From positions 1-64,000 of the forward strand of contig JBBSQY010000009.1 of the NCBI GenBank assembly GCA_038243585.1: a stretch of DNA of 64,000 nt, given 5' to 3'. This document shows, piece after piece, positions 9,247-18,779 of this stretch. The first letter of the stretch is position 1; every line of letters begins with the position of its first letter. Source of the stretch: Candidatus Sumerlaeales bacterium. GTDB taxonomy: Bacteria; Sumerlaeota; Sumerlaeia; Sumerlaeales; Sumerlaeaceae. Below the pieces are notes generated by a model that was not told where the DNA came from, searched no databases, and saw only the letters and a list, made by a program, of their open reading frames with translations. The position numbers and the translations under genes are program-made.

Positions 9247-12106
9247 ACGAGTATCTCTCCAGGATTTTGGACGGCTCAGCGGGTCAATTGAGTTTGAACG
9301 TAACCGGTGTAACGTCATTTGTCAGGATAACGAATACGGCAAGACAACGGTTATGGACGCGGTATTGTATACGCTGTACAATTTTCCGACAACAGGCTTT
9401 TCTCGCGATACATTAAAGCCGAAAGATCGCTATCGCCCCTGGAACGACCAGTCTCGAGGGCCAAACGTGTATGTGGTTGAACTGGAACTGCACGATGTCG
9501 GTGGTCGTAACTATATTCTGCGAGCGGACTTCAACCGACAACAGCCATTTACCCTTCATGACGCGGACACGCGCCAGCCTATTCCGCTGGATGGGATGTC
9601 ATTTGGCCAGCGTTACCTGCGCATGGCATTGCCCAGCTTCACGCAGTGTTTCTTCCTCCGACAGGATGAGAAGGAAGGCAGCGCAAGGGGGCAGCTTGTC
9701 AGCGTAATAGAGGAAGCAGCGGCGAGTAATCGCCGCGAAACGCCGGGCAACGTCAGCGAGGCTATAGCAAAGCTTGCGGCTCCGCGATGGTCCGTTCCCA
9801 ATCTGGCACCTGAACCTGTTCTCTTAAAAAACCTTATTAAACGGCTGGACGATCGCCGTAATGAACTCCGCGGTCAGAATGACTCGCTTCAGCGGGAACT
9901 GGACGCCCAGCGCCGCGAGATCGAAGCGTCTGACGAGATGGACAGCGAGATTGCGTCGTTGGACCGCCAGATTGTATCGGCCGAGTATCACCTGCTGGTA
10001 GCCCGGCGGGGGGAGAAACAGACGCTTCTAAATCGGTACAATGAGGGGCGGGAGGCCCAGGCGGAACGTTCGCTTCTACTGGAAAATCTAGAGCCTTACG
10101 CGGCGTTTGATCCTGCGCGGCGGGGAGAAGTGATTGGCCTTCTGGGAGATTGGAAACTTGCGCGGCAGAGATTCGAAGAAACCCGAAATGCCCTGGAAGG
10201 AAATGTGGAGCCGGAACTGGCTGCGTTGCAGGCAGAGCTTTCTGAGTATCCGGCTACAGCGGCGACGCTGATGCCTGAGTCGCTTGAAAGCCTTAGAAGC
10301 CATCGCACGGTTCTGGCCGATCGTGAAGCCCAGTTAGTCCGGCAGACGGAGGCGCTGTCGCAGCTTGAGGCGACGCTACAATCGCAGGGCGTGCCCGTGG
10401 ACCGGCTGTTGGATCTGCATGAGACCGACAGCCATTTGTCTCCGTCGGACCGGGAGATTATTTTCGAGCACAGCCAATCCCGGCTGGAGGCTCAGACGGC
10501 GCTTTCGGCTATAGAGCAAGCGGCCCTTGGCGCGCGAGAGCAAATGTTGCAGTCGAAAACCCGTAAGGCTCGCTATTCAACCATCGGCATGGGCCTGATG
10601 GTTGTCGTAGTGGCTTTCATGGTATTTGGGATTGTGCTGCTGTTTACCGGAGTGAAGTTTTTCGGGTGGGTGTGCCTGATCGCAGCGGCTGTCATAGGCG
10701 TGGGATCAAGCCTTTTTGTTTCCGCGATGCGCAGCCGCATTTCCGACGATGAGCTAAATCCCGCCATTCAAAATGAAATGGCGTTAAATGCGCAGGCTCG
10801 TCAGATCCGGGAGCAGCTTGAAGCTATCGAAGGGGAGTATGAAGTAACTCTGAACAGGCTGTCCATTTCGCCGGAACAGATTCAGGAGCTGCGGGAGGTT
10901 GATCACTGGAAACAGGCCGCCGGTCCGTGGATTGCTGCCCATGATGCGGTGGCCCGGCTTCAGGGGGATTTGATCGAAACCAGGGAGGCGGCTGTTCCGC
11001 TGATTGCGCTGGTCGATCCGGATGTTGTAGCGGATGACCTTCAGGGAGAGCATATCGGCTCGGCCATTGCCCGGATGGAGAAGTATTTTCGGCTGAGCGG
11101 CAGCCTTTCTGCCGGCCATGAAAAAGCGGACAACTTGCGCGCGGAAAATGAGCGACTGCAGGCTGACTTCCACACGAAGGACGAAGCGCTAGTGGCACTG
11201 GTGCAATGCCCGCAGACGGATGATCTGCCCGGGCTGGAGGAAAAGGCACAGGGTTATTTGACCGGGTGTGAAAAGGCGCTTCAGCTCCAGACTTTGCGTC
11301 GGGAGTATGGGGCGGTGCAGGGGATGACCGAGGAGGAAGCGGCTGCCCTGCAAACGGATATGGATAGCCTTGGCCAGGGAATCGAAGCTGCGCTTGCTAA
11401 GAACCCGGAGGTTCTGGATGACGGAACGCAGCCCGGACTTCGGGCGGAGGAACTGGAAAGGAATCTGGTTCAGGCGCGGCGGGATCGGGATAGTTTGAAA
11501 GAGCGGCGCAACGTCGGATTCAGGAACGCGGAAAAAGCGGTAGAGGAGTGGCGCACTAAAGGTCCGGTTATCGATGAGGAGTTGGCGCTGGTGGAAGGCT
11601 ACCTTGCCAAAGCCACGGATTTCGGCAAGGCCTGCGAACTGGCTCATGGTGAAATGGCAAATATCGCGGAGCAGGTTTATACGCAGTGGGCAATGGCGCT
11701 GAATGAACGGGTAAACAGGATTTTGCCGCTGGTGAACAATCGATACAGCGAGGTGGCCCTGAGCCCGGAACTTGAGATCAGCGTGTTTAGTAAAGAGGCG
11801 GGACGCCGGTTGGAAACCCGCGAAGTGCAGCATCTCAGCAAGGGCGCGCGCGATCAGCTTTTGCTTGCTATGCGCATCGCTATCGCAGAGTATCTGTCTG
11901 CCCATGTCGGTAATCTGCCGCTGGCGCTGGATGAACCTTTTGCCCATTGGGACGATCAGCGGTTTGTGGAAGGAATGCGGTTCCTGACGCGGCTGTCGGA
12001 AACCCACCAGGTGATTCTGCTGTCGTGTCACAGCTGGCGCTACGCGCAGCTGCGTGAGACGGCACCGGAGATTTATAAGTCGGTGGTGTTTAATAAAGTC
12101 GGTTGA
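9236..12106 (+). CDS. SbcC/Rad50-like (YhaN-type) coiled-coil ATPase with central transmembrane hairpin
   Basis: Walker A-like QDNEYGKTT, long coiled coils, two hydrophobic helices mid-protein, signature LSKGARDQ, Walker B LALDEPF, LSCH; overlaps the nuclease stop. Confidence 0.85.
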   Translation: MFIKRVSLQDFGRLSGSIEFERNRCNVICQDNEYGKTTVMDAVLYTLYNFPTTGFSRDTLKPKDRYRPWNDQSRGPNVYVVELELHDVGGRNYILRADFNRQQPFTLHDADTRQPIPLDGMSFGQRYLRMALPSFTQCFFLRQDEKEGSARGQLVSVIEEAAASNRRETPGNVSEAIAKLAAPRWSVPNLAPEPVLLKNLIKRLDDRRNELRGQNDSLQRELDAQRREIEASDEMDSEIASLDRQIVSAEYHLLVARRGEKQTLLNRYNEGREAQAERSLLLENLEPYAAFDPARRGEVIGLLGDWKLARQRFEETRNALEGNVEPELAALQAELSEYPATAATLMPESLESLRSHRTVLADREAQLVRQTEALSQLEATLQSQGVPVDRLLDLHETDSHLSPSDREIIFEHSQSRLEAQTALSAIEQAALGAREQMLQSKTRKARYSTIGMGLMVVVVAFMVFGIVLLFTGVKFFGWVCLIAAAVIGVGSSLFVSAMRSRISDDELNPAIQNEMALNAQARQIREQLEAIEGEYEVTLNRLSISPEQIQELREVDHWKQAAGPWIAAHDAVARLQGDLIETREAAVPLIALVDPDVVADDLQGEHIGSAIARMEKYFRLSGSLSAGHEKADNLRAENERLQADFHTKDEALVALVQCPQTDDLPGLEEKAQGYLTGCEKALQLQTLRREYGAVQGMTEEEAAALQTDMDSLGQGIEAALAKNPEVLDDGTQPGLRAEELERNLVQARRDRDSLKERRNVGFRNAEKAVEEWRTKGPVIDEELALVEGYLAKATDFGKACELAHGEMANIAEQVYTQWAMALNERVNRILPLVNNRYSEVALSPELEISVFSKEAGRRLETREVQHLSKGARDQLLLAMRIAIAEYLSAHVGNLPLALDEPFAHWDDQRFVEGMRFLTRLSETHQVILLSCHSWRYAQLRETAPEIYKSVVFNKVG

Positions 12107-12215
12107 TGCCGGGGTGTGGTATTGCGTTGTGGACATTACCTTTTTGTCGTGGGTTGCTCGTCTTACTTCAGCAATGAGTGGCCGCTGATTTAATTTCCAG
12201 GTTTTAGGAGAACTC

Positions 12216-14171
12216 ATGTCCCGTGGATTACTATTTGTCGCAGTCGCGATCGCTGCCGGTTTTTGCGGGGCTGAGGAAGTGCCTCTGAGTTCGCTTAACC
12301 TCAAGCTTATGAGACAGGGGTATGGCCAGCCGCAAATTAATAAGTCTTTTGACGGCACGTCCCTGACCATTGCCGGACGCACATTTGAGCGGGGCGTGGG
12401 AACTCATGCACCTGGCCGGATGTATATTGAACTGGATGGCAAGGCAGAGCGGTTTCACGCATGGGTGGGGGTCGACGCAACGGCTGAGGCTGCCGGGTCG
12501 GTGGAGTTTGAGGTGATGGGCGACGGCAGGCAACTTTTTAAATCCGGCGTAATGAAATCCGATACTGCGGCCATAGAGGTCAGTGTCCCATTGGCCGGCG
12601 TAAATCTGCTGACCCTAAAAGTGGGCGATGCCGGCGACGGGCAGAAATTTGACCATGCGGACTGGGCCGACTCAATAATCGTCACGTCGGGCACGAAGCC
12701 TGAAGTCGTTGTTGTTCCGTCGGAGCCGAAGATTATTCTCACGCCAAAGCCAGGTCCTGAGCCGCGAATTAACGCGCCGGTGGTGTATGGCTGTCGCCCG
12801 GGAAATCCGTTTCTTTATCGTATTCCGGCGACTGGAACGCGGCCTATGACTTTTAAGGCGGACGCGCTACCGCCAGGTCTGTCACTTGATGCTTCTTCCG
12901 GTATCGTTTCTGGCGTCGCTCCTGTTGCGGGAGACCATGACGTTGTTTTTCATGCTTCAAATTCTGATGGCTCTACCAGTAAGTCATTCACTATCAAAAG
13001 CGGCGACACCATTTCGCTTACGCCTTATATGGGGTGGAACCATTGGTATGCTCATTACCAAAACATCTCTGACAAGAAAATGAGAGAGGCGGCCGACGCG
13101 ATGGTGAGCAACGGCATGGCGGATTTTGGTTATGCTTATGTTGCCATTGATGACTGCTGGTCCCGTAAGCCTGGATCGGATGATCCGGCGCTGATGGGTG
13201 AGCCTCGGGATGAGAAGGGAAATATCCTGACTAATCAGCACTTCCCCGACATGAAAGGTCTGACAGACTACATACACGCCAAGGGATTGAAGGCGGGCAT
13301 TTATAGTTCACCGGGCCCGCTTACCTGCGAAAATTTCGCAGCGTCATACAATTTTGAGGCGCAGGATGCTCGGCAGTTCGCAGAGTGGGGATTTGATCTG
13401 CTTAAATATGACTGGTGTACGTACGGCAAAGTCGCCGGTCGAAATCCCAGCCTCGAGGAGCTGAAAAAGCCATACGAAATTATGGGTCCGTTAGTTAAAG
13501 GGCAAGATCGGGATATAATTTTTAATCTTTGCCAGTATGGCAGGGGCAACGTGTGGCAGTGGGGCGCAGATGTGAAGGGGCAGTCATGGCGCACGTCTGG
13601 TGATCTCGGGTTTGCCCTTGATCAGATTTTTCAGGTTGCCGCTAAAAATGTGACGCACCGGGCGTGGAACGGACCAGGCCGCTGGAACGATCCAGATTAT
13701 CTGCAAATCGGATTTATCGGGGGCAACAAGATGAGCAACACGCTTATGCCTGCTCCGTTGACCCCGACAGAACAGTACTCGTTTATGTCGCTGTGGTGTC
13801 TGATGGCTTCGCCGCTGGTCTATAGCGGAGACATAACACGGATGGACGAGTTTACGTTGAACGTGTTGTGTAATGCCGAGGTGATCGAGGTAAATCAGGA
13901 TCCGCTGGGGCAGTGTGCCGCAATTGCCGATCTGGGCGATGAATCTTTTCTGCTGGTAAAGGAAATGGCCGACGGAAGCAAGGCGGTAGGCTTGTGCAAC
14001 GGTAGCGAGACCACAGCAACGTTAACGGCGGAGTGGAGCGTTATCGGGGTGGAAGGTGAGCAACGGGTCAGGGACCTGTGGATTCAAAAAGATATCGGCA
14101 CGTTTGATTTGAAATTCGAGGCGGACGTCCCTCGCCACGGGGTGAAATTTGTTCGACTGTTTAAGGAGTAG
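12216..14171 (+). CDS. Secreted GH27 alpha-galactosidase with N-terminal NPCBM domain and Ig-like domain
   Basis: Signal peptide; RGVGTHA...DHADWAD (NPCBM); LPPGLSLDASSG (Ig); TPYMGWN, IDDCW, LLKYDWC, SWRTSGD, WNDPDYL. Confidence 0.9.
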   Translation: MSRGLLFVAVAIAAGFCGAEEVPLSSLNLKLMRQGYGQPQINKSFDGTSLTIAGRTFERGVGTHAPGRMYIELDGKAERFHAWVGVDATAEAAGSVEFEVMGDGRQLFKSGVMKSDTAAIEVSVPLAGVNLLTLKVGDAGDGQKFDHADWADSIIVTSGTKPEVVVVPSEPKIILTPKPGPEPRINAPVVYGCRPGNPFLYRIPATGTRPMTFKADALPPGLSLDASSGIVSGVAPVAGDHDVVFHASNSDGSTSKSFTIKSGDTISLTPYMGWNHWYAHYQNISDKKMREAADAMVSNGMADFGYAYVAIDDCWSRKPGSDDPALMGEPRDEKGNILTNQHFPDMKGLTDYIHAKGLKAGIYSSPGPLTCENFAASYNFEAQDARQFAEWGFDLLKYDWCTYGKVAGRNPSLEELKKPYEIMGPLVKGQDRDIIFNLCQYGRGNVWQWGADVKGQSWRTSGDLGFALDQIFQVAAKNVTHRAWNGPGRWNDPDYLQIGFIGGNKMSNTLMPAPLTPTEQYSFMSLWCLMASPLVYSGDITRMDEFTLNVLCNAEVIEVNQDPLGQCAAIADLGDESFLLVKEMADGSKAVGLCNGSETTATLTAEWSVIGVEGEQRVRDLWIQKDIGTFDLKFEADVPRHGVKFVRLFKE

Positions 14172-14322
14172 GAGAGGGCGGAAGTTGAACGGTCAGATTT
14201 TAACTTTCCTTCAACTTGCTGTGTCCGGCCACGTTTGACTTATACAAAAGGACGGATAGAAATGGCTATCCTGCCTGCCTATGGATTCGCTGCCTTATCA
14301 CTGTGATGAACTATAGGTCTGG

Positions 14323-16302
14323 CTAAACCTTACGCTTAAACTGCTTGTCCAGTTGGTCGCGGGTCATTAGAACCATGGTGGGGCGACCGTGGGGGCAGGT
14401 GAAGCCAAGTCGTGCGTTTGCAATGTCGCGGATAAGGGCGCGCATTTCGTCTATGTGGAGTTGGGCTCCGGCTTTCACGGCGGCGCGGCAGGCCATGCGA
14501 GTGATGATGCGGTCGCGCAGCACCTCCACCTGTTCCACTTTTCCAAGGGATTCAAAGTCGTCCAGCAGATCGGCTATGACCCCGGCAACGTTCATATTTG
14601 GCAGATCGGCGGGAACCGTATGCACCAGGTAGGTTTGCCCGCCAAAATGATCGATGTGGAGACCGAGGGCCTCGAACTCCGGCAACAGGCGCGTCATATA
14701 GGAGACGGCTCCGGCGGGAATATCCAGGCTGACGGGGATGAGTAGCGGCTGGGATTGAACGGATTGGCGGCGGCGGCTAAATTTGAGATAGAGCAGGCGC
14801 TCGTGGGCTGCATGCTGGTCTATCATGAGAAGGTCGTGGCCCATCTGGGCGAGAATATAGCACCGGGCGATCTGGCCGAGGGGTTCCGGGTAGACGCCGC
14901 CGCGGAGCAGGGCGTAATTAACGGCGTCTTCGGGGGCGTCGTCCATTCGGCGAAGACTGCTCTGAAGAGGGCGGACGCTGCATGGGGAGTCATCTGTCTG
15001 GTCCGTATGGTCCATCTGGTCAGGCTGCTCGGACAGGTCCGACTCTAGCGGCGCGGCTGCTGGGTTTGCAACGCCGGGTGATTCCTGGGGCAGCGGCACC
15101 GGGGTTCGCGGTCTGGTGAACGCGCTGAAATCCACTGGTATTGTCGACAGCGGAACACGGGTGGAAAGCGGACCCATATCGGGCAGCATATCAGGCTGTT
15201 GAGGGATACCGCGAAAAGTTTGCGGATTGACAGTGGGTGACGCAGGCCAGGGTCCGGGTTCGGCCAGGGCTGTCTTTTGCGACGGTTCACCCTCGTCGAA
15301 CGTGACCGTGGGCATAAGGTTGGCGCGTTGCAGGCGGCCATGGACTACGCGGTGCAGCACGCCGTTAACGAGGCTCTCGCTGCGGAAACGCACTTCTTCT
15401 TTGGTCGGATGCACGTTAATGTCGACTTCGCCCGGGGGCAGGGTGATGTTCAGCACCGTGACGGGGTAGCGCTGAACCATAATAATGCCCTTGTAGGCCT
15501 GCTGTAAAACATAGGACATGGATCGGCTGCTGACGGGGCGACCGTTGACGAAGAAGTGTTGATGGCGGCGGTCTTTGCGGCTGGCAGCGGGGCGCAGCAC
15601 GAAACCGGTGACGTGTACGCCATGGCGCTCCTCGTCTACATCCAAGAGGTGCTCTCGTACGCCGCTGCCGAGCAGAGTTGCTACCCGCTCAGACCATTCC
15701 TGCGCGGAGGGAAGATCGAGCATGGCGCGTTGTTCGTTAAGCACGGTAAAACCAAGGTCTGGCCTAATGAAGGCCTGGCGGGTTACCATTTGTAAAATCT
15801 GGTTAAGTTCGCCAGCGGGCGACTTTAGAAACTTCAGGCGGGGCGGCGTATTAAAGAACAGATCCCGCACTCGCACCTCGGTGCCTTCGGGGGCTCCTGC
15901 GGTTTCAATGCGCGGCTCGCCCGGGCCTTCGGCGACTACGCGGGTACCGGCAACATCTCCCCGGCGACGGGTGAGGATCTGCACGCGCGCCACGCTGGCT
16001 ATGCTTGCTAAAGCCTCGCCCCTGAAACCACGTGTGTCTAGATTATACAGGTCGTCGAATTCCGTGATCTTGCTGGTGGCGTGGCGCACGAGCGCGAGGG
16101 CGGCGTCGCCACGAGAGATGCCGTGGCCGTCGTCGCGGACGCTAATGTCGCGGCATCCGTTAGCGATCTCTATGGAAATGTGGGTGGCACCGGCGTCTAT
16201 GGCGTTTTCCAACAACTCTTTGACAACGCTGGCAGGACGGACTATGACCTCGCCGGCGGCAATGCGATTGACTAGGAGCTCTGGTAATACCTGGATTGAC
16301 AT
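14323..16302 (-). CDS. mutL: DNA mismatch repair endonuclease MutL
   Basis: NRIAAGEV, KELLENAIDAGA, HATSK, GFRGEAL, DINVHPTK; endonuclease motifs DQHAAHER, MACR, CPHGRP. Confidence 0.97.
   Translation of the reverse strand: MSIQVLPELLVNRIAAGEVIVRPASVVKELLENAIDAGATHISIEIANGCRDISVRDDGHGISRGDAALALVRHATSKITEFDDLYNLDTRGFRGEALASIASVARVQILTRRRGDVAGTRVVAEGPGEPRIETAGAPEGTEVRVRDLFFNTPPRLKFLKSPAGELNQILQMVTRQAFIRPDLGFTVLNEQRAMLDLPSAQEWSERVATLLGSGVREHLLDVDEERHGVHVTGFVLRPAASRKDRRHQHFFVNGRPVSSRSMSYVLQQAYKGIIMVQRYPVTVLNITLPPGEVDINVHPTKEEVRFRSESLVNGVLHRVVHGRLQRANLMPTVTFDEGEPSQKTALAEPGPWPASPTVNPQTFRGIPQQPDMLPDMGPLSTRVPLSTIPVDFSAFTRPRTPVPLPQESPGVANPAAAPLESDLSEQPDQMDHTDQTDDSPCSVRPLQSSLRRMDDAPEDAVNYALLRGGVYPEPLGQIARCYILAQMGHDLLMIDQHAAHERLLYLKFSRRRQSVQSQPLLIPVSLDIPAGAVSYMTRLLPEFEALGLHIDHFGGQTYLVHTVPADLPNMNVAGVIADLLDDFESLGKVEQVEVLRDRIITRMACRAAVKAGAQLHIDEMRALIRDIANARLGFTCPHGRPTMVLMTRDQLDKQFKRKV
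14989..15042 (-). repeat. Six 9-bp periodic units in-frame in the MutL linker
   Basis: tcggacctg tccgagcag cctgaccag atggaccat acggaccag acagatgac = SDL SEQ PDQ MDH TDQ TDD. Confidence 0.55.
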
Positions 16303-16413
16303 AGGGTTAAGCAGGTGAAACAACGTTTGGACAAACTATATATGTGCTGCGAAAACTTCTCGGGTTGAAACCGTAAGTGCTAGCGGAGAATCCAGCTGAC
16401 GCACCCAAGGCTA

Positions 16414-18243
16414 TCAGACGCTTTCTTCGGATTTGCGCTTCTCCGCGCGGGCGTCTTTCAACATTTGTTTAGCCTCTTCATGCTCAGGGTGCAAGGCGGA
16501 TGCGATGGACAGGACATGAACCGCCTGCCGCCAATTCTTTTCGCTGACCGCGCGGCGCGCCTTTTCCATCTGATCGTTAAACATGCGCTCGGTGCGATCG
16601 TCCAGGGATTCGGATGACTGAACAGGTACTTCGATCTCTGCCGGATTTACAGGAGGTGCCACGTCCGGTGATTCCGCAGCCATGGCGCTCAGGGCGGCCG
16701 CCAGTGCGTCTTCTACAGAATCCTCTTCCTCTGCAGCCGCGGCTGGTGCGGGCGTAGGTTCAGCGACTTCGGGGACAGTCGCGGCGGGAGTGCTTATAGA
16801 AGACTCATCAGCGGGGCCGAATAACTCTTCAAAGGAAATTGACTGAGAATCACTATTCTCTTCCGCTATGGGGCGCTGACGGGCTGGGGGAGGAGTTCTT
16901 GTTTCTGTTTCCGGATTGCCTGCGTCTGGGGCTGAGACAAAGGTTGGCATAGTTTGCGAATTGAAATCGCTGTCGCCGGAATCGGAAAGCGAAGGTGACT
17001 CAATGGCGGCATCGGAATACGGCTTGTCTAACAAATTGGGCGACGCGTCTTGCCCTGGCAACGGTTGTGACCCAAAAATATCTTCCAGATCTACAGTGCC
17101 GGAGGACAGAGAAGGTGAAGATGCAGGAGTGGCATTACGACTTGGGGAAAGGGTCTGGGGCTCAACATCCGGCGCGGAAAGGATAACGGTCTCTTCACTT
17201 GGGAAGTGAGATAGCGGCGTTTGCTTCGTTGGGTTAAAGTCCATACCCATTGAATCAGAACCCAGAGGTTCTGCAGTCGCAGGCTCGACGGATTCTGCAG
17301 TGTCCTGCCCAGTGGGAGCTGGTTCGTCGTCGGCAAATATGTTGATCATGGCGTCTTCGTCGACTGGTTTAACGGGGGCCGGACGCGGCGGGGGAGCGGC
17401 TTGTTCTTCTTCCTCTTCCTCAAAAGTGTCAAAGGTCGGCACGGAATAGCCTTCCATTCCACCGGAAAGAGCAGTGCCACCAGCCGCGCCCGAAGTGTAA
17501 TCAGGAGGGGGAAAGTCCATGGACGGAGAGGAAGAAGCTAATTCCCCACCAGACAAGTCGTCACCTGTGCTATAGAGGCCTAAATCTTCAGGTTGGTCCC
17601 CGTTGATGCCCATCGGGTTAGTTGAGACGGAACCATAATTTGAATCATAAGAGGCTTCTTCGGAGTGGTTGCGGCGTTTTTTTAAAATGCTATAGATAAC
17701 GAAGATAATTATGAGAGCCAGTGCCCCGAGCAGGCCATACCGCACCATCTCATTTTCCCATAATTCTTTTGCCTTTTCCACAATGCTTTCGTCTGCAGGG
17801 GACTCGTTGGCCGAGGATGGGTCCAGTTCCGCATTTGAGTAGTCTGGAGACGCTGGCGTAAAAGCAGGGGTGACATCAACAGGGGGTGGAGTTGCAGGTT
17901 CGGGGGATGCAACGACGCCCTGAACCTGCCCACGCTGTATCAGGCTTTGGTACATGGCAATATTAGGCGAGTTCGGATTGGCGCGTTTTGCGTTATCTAG
18001 AGCAGCCTGGGCTGCCGGATAATCCTGCCGGGCGATTGCCTGTCTCACCGGCTCAAGGGATTGTGCCGCCGGATCAGCCGCGCTTGGATCGGCGGGAACA
18101 GCAGGAGCTCCTAAAGCCGTCATAGGTACAGGGGTCTGCGCCGCCGGGGTAGGCATCTGGGCAGTGGTGACAGCCACGCACGATACAATTGTGCTAAGAC
18201 TAACGATTTTGCGTAACAATTTATGCATTTCAGTAAGTTCCAT
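16414..18243 (-). CDS. Single-pass membrane protein: TPR-like periplasmic helix pair, long acidic cytoplasmic region, C-terminal TPR-like motif (FimV/HubP-like topology)
   Basis: Signal-like N-terminus; QDYPAAQAALDNAKRANPNS; TM followed by KKRR; D/E/S/P-rich region; KNWRQAVHVLSIASALHPEHEEAKQML. Confidence 0.7.
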   Translation of the reverse strand: MELTEMHKLLRKIVSLSTIVSCVAVTTAQMPTPAAQTPVPMTALGAPAVPADPSAADPAAQSLEPVRQAIARQDYPAAQAALDNAKRANPNSPNIAMYQSLIQRGQVQGVVASPEPATPPPVDVTPAFTPASPDYSNAELDPSSANESPADESIVEKAKELWENEMVRYGLLGALALIIIFVIYSILKKRRNHSEEASYDSNYGSVSTNPMGINGDQPEDLGLYSTGDDLSGGELASSSPSMDFPPPDYTSGAAGGTALSGGMEGYSVPTFDTFEEEEEEQAAPPPRPAPVKPVDEDAMINIFADDEPAPTGQDTAESVEPATAEPLGSDSMGMDFNPTKQTPLSHFPSEETVILSAPDVEPQTLSPSRNATPASSPSLSSGTVDLEDIFGSQPLPGQDASPNLLDKPYSDAAIESPSLSDSGDSDFNSQTMPTFVSAPDAGNPETETRTPPPARQRPIAEENSDSQSISFEELFGPADESSISTPAATVPEVAEPTPAPAAAAEEEDSVEDALAAALSAMAAESPDVAPPVNPAEIEVPVQSSESLDDRTERMFNDQMEKARRAVSEKNWRQAVHVLSIASALHPEHEEAKQMLKDARAEKRKSEESV

Positions 18244-18409
18244 TAGCTACCATTAATTGGTTTTGGAGGGTATACTCAATTTTTTTGACTTTGAGCAGAC
18301 CCTCCAAGGGAATGCAGATAGGCAAAACACCACCGGTTAAAACATGACGCAAGCAGAAATATGCCGAAACCATTTCAGGATGGGTGGCCGCAACGCAGCA
18401 GTACCCAAT

Positions 18410-18439
18410 AAAAAAGAGACCCGCAAATCTGCGGGCCTC
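18410..18439 (-). terminator. Intrinsic terminator downstream of the small peptide gene
   Basis: gagacccgca-aatc-tgcgggcctc preceded by an A-run (U-tract on the - strand). Confidence 0.75.
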
Positions 18440-18497
18440 AGGAATGTTACGATTTAATCAGAACGAGAGACCGAGTCTACTCGTAGGTTAAAGTTTC

Positions 18498-18635
18498 TTA
18501 TTTCTGTTCTGTCTTAGGTTTTTCGTCTTTAGGCGCGTCGCAGCCCTTTTTCTTTGAGCAGCAGTCTCCAGCGAAGCTGGCGGTTGCGAATGCAGAGATG
18601 ATTGTGGCGATGGTCAACAGTCTTGCTAATTTCAT
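18498..18635 (-). CDS. 45-aa secreted Cys-rich peptide (absent from the ORF track)
   Basis: MKLARLLTIATIISAFATASFA|GDCCSKKKGCDAPKDEKPKTEQK; SD AAAAGGGAG upstream; SPase I A-x-A-type site; own terminator. Confidence 0.8.
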   Translation of the reverse strand: MKLARLLTIATIISAFATASFAGDCCSKKKGCDAPKDEKPKTEQK

Positions 18636-18779
18636 GTGTGACTCCCTTTTACATCTGGTTATTGGGATAACATTGCCACCATCGGTTTTGGTTATTCAAG
18701 CAAAATACAGCGGCATTAATCAAACTGACCGGCACGCAACGTGCGTCTATGGATGTTTTTTTACTACCGGGAGAACCTC

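Noticed and set aside
11189..12382. 397-aa antisense ORF
   Set aside because: Shadow of the YhaN-like and GH27 genes; no motifs
18320..18405. Resemblance to a c-di-GMP-I (GEMM) riboswitch (GGCAAA...GACGCAA...AAACCAT)
   Set aside because: P2 hairpin with GNRA loop cannot form, and it is on the + strand with no downstream co-directional gene
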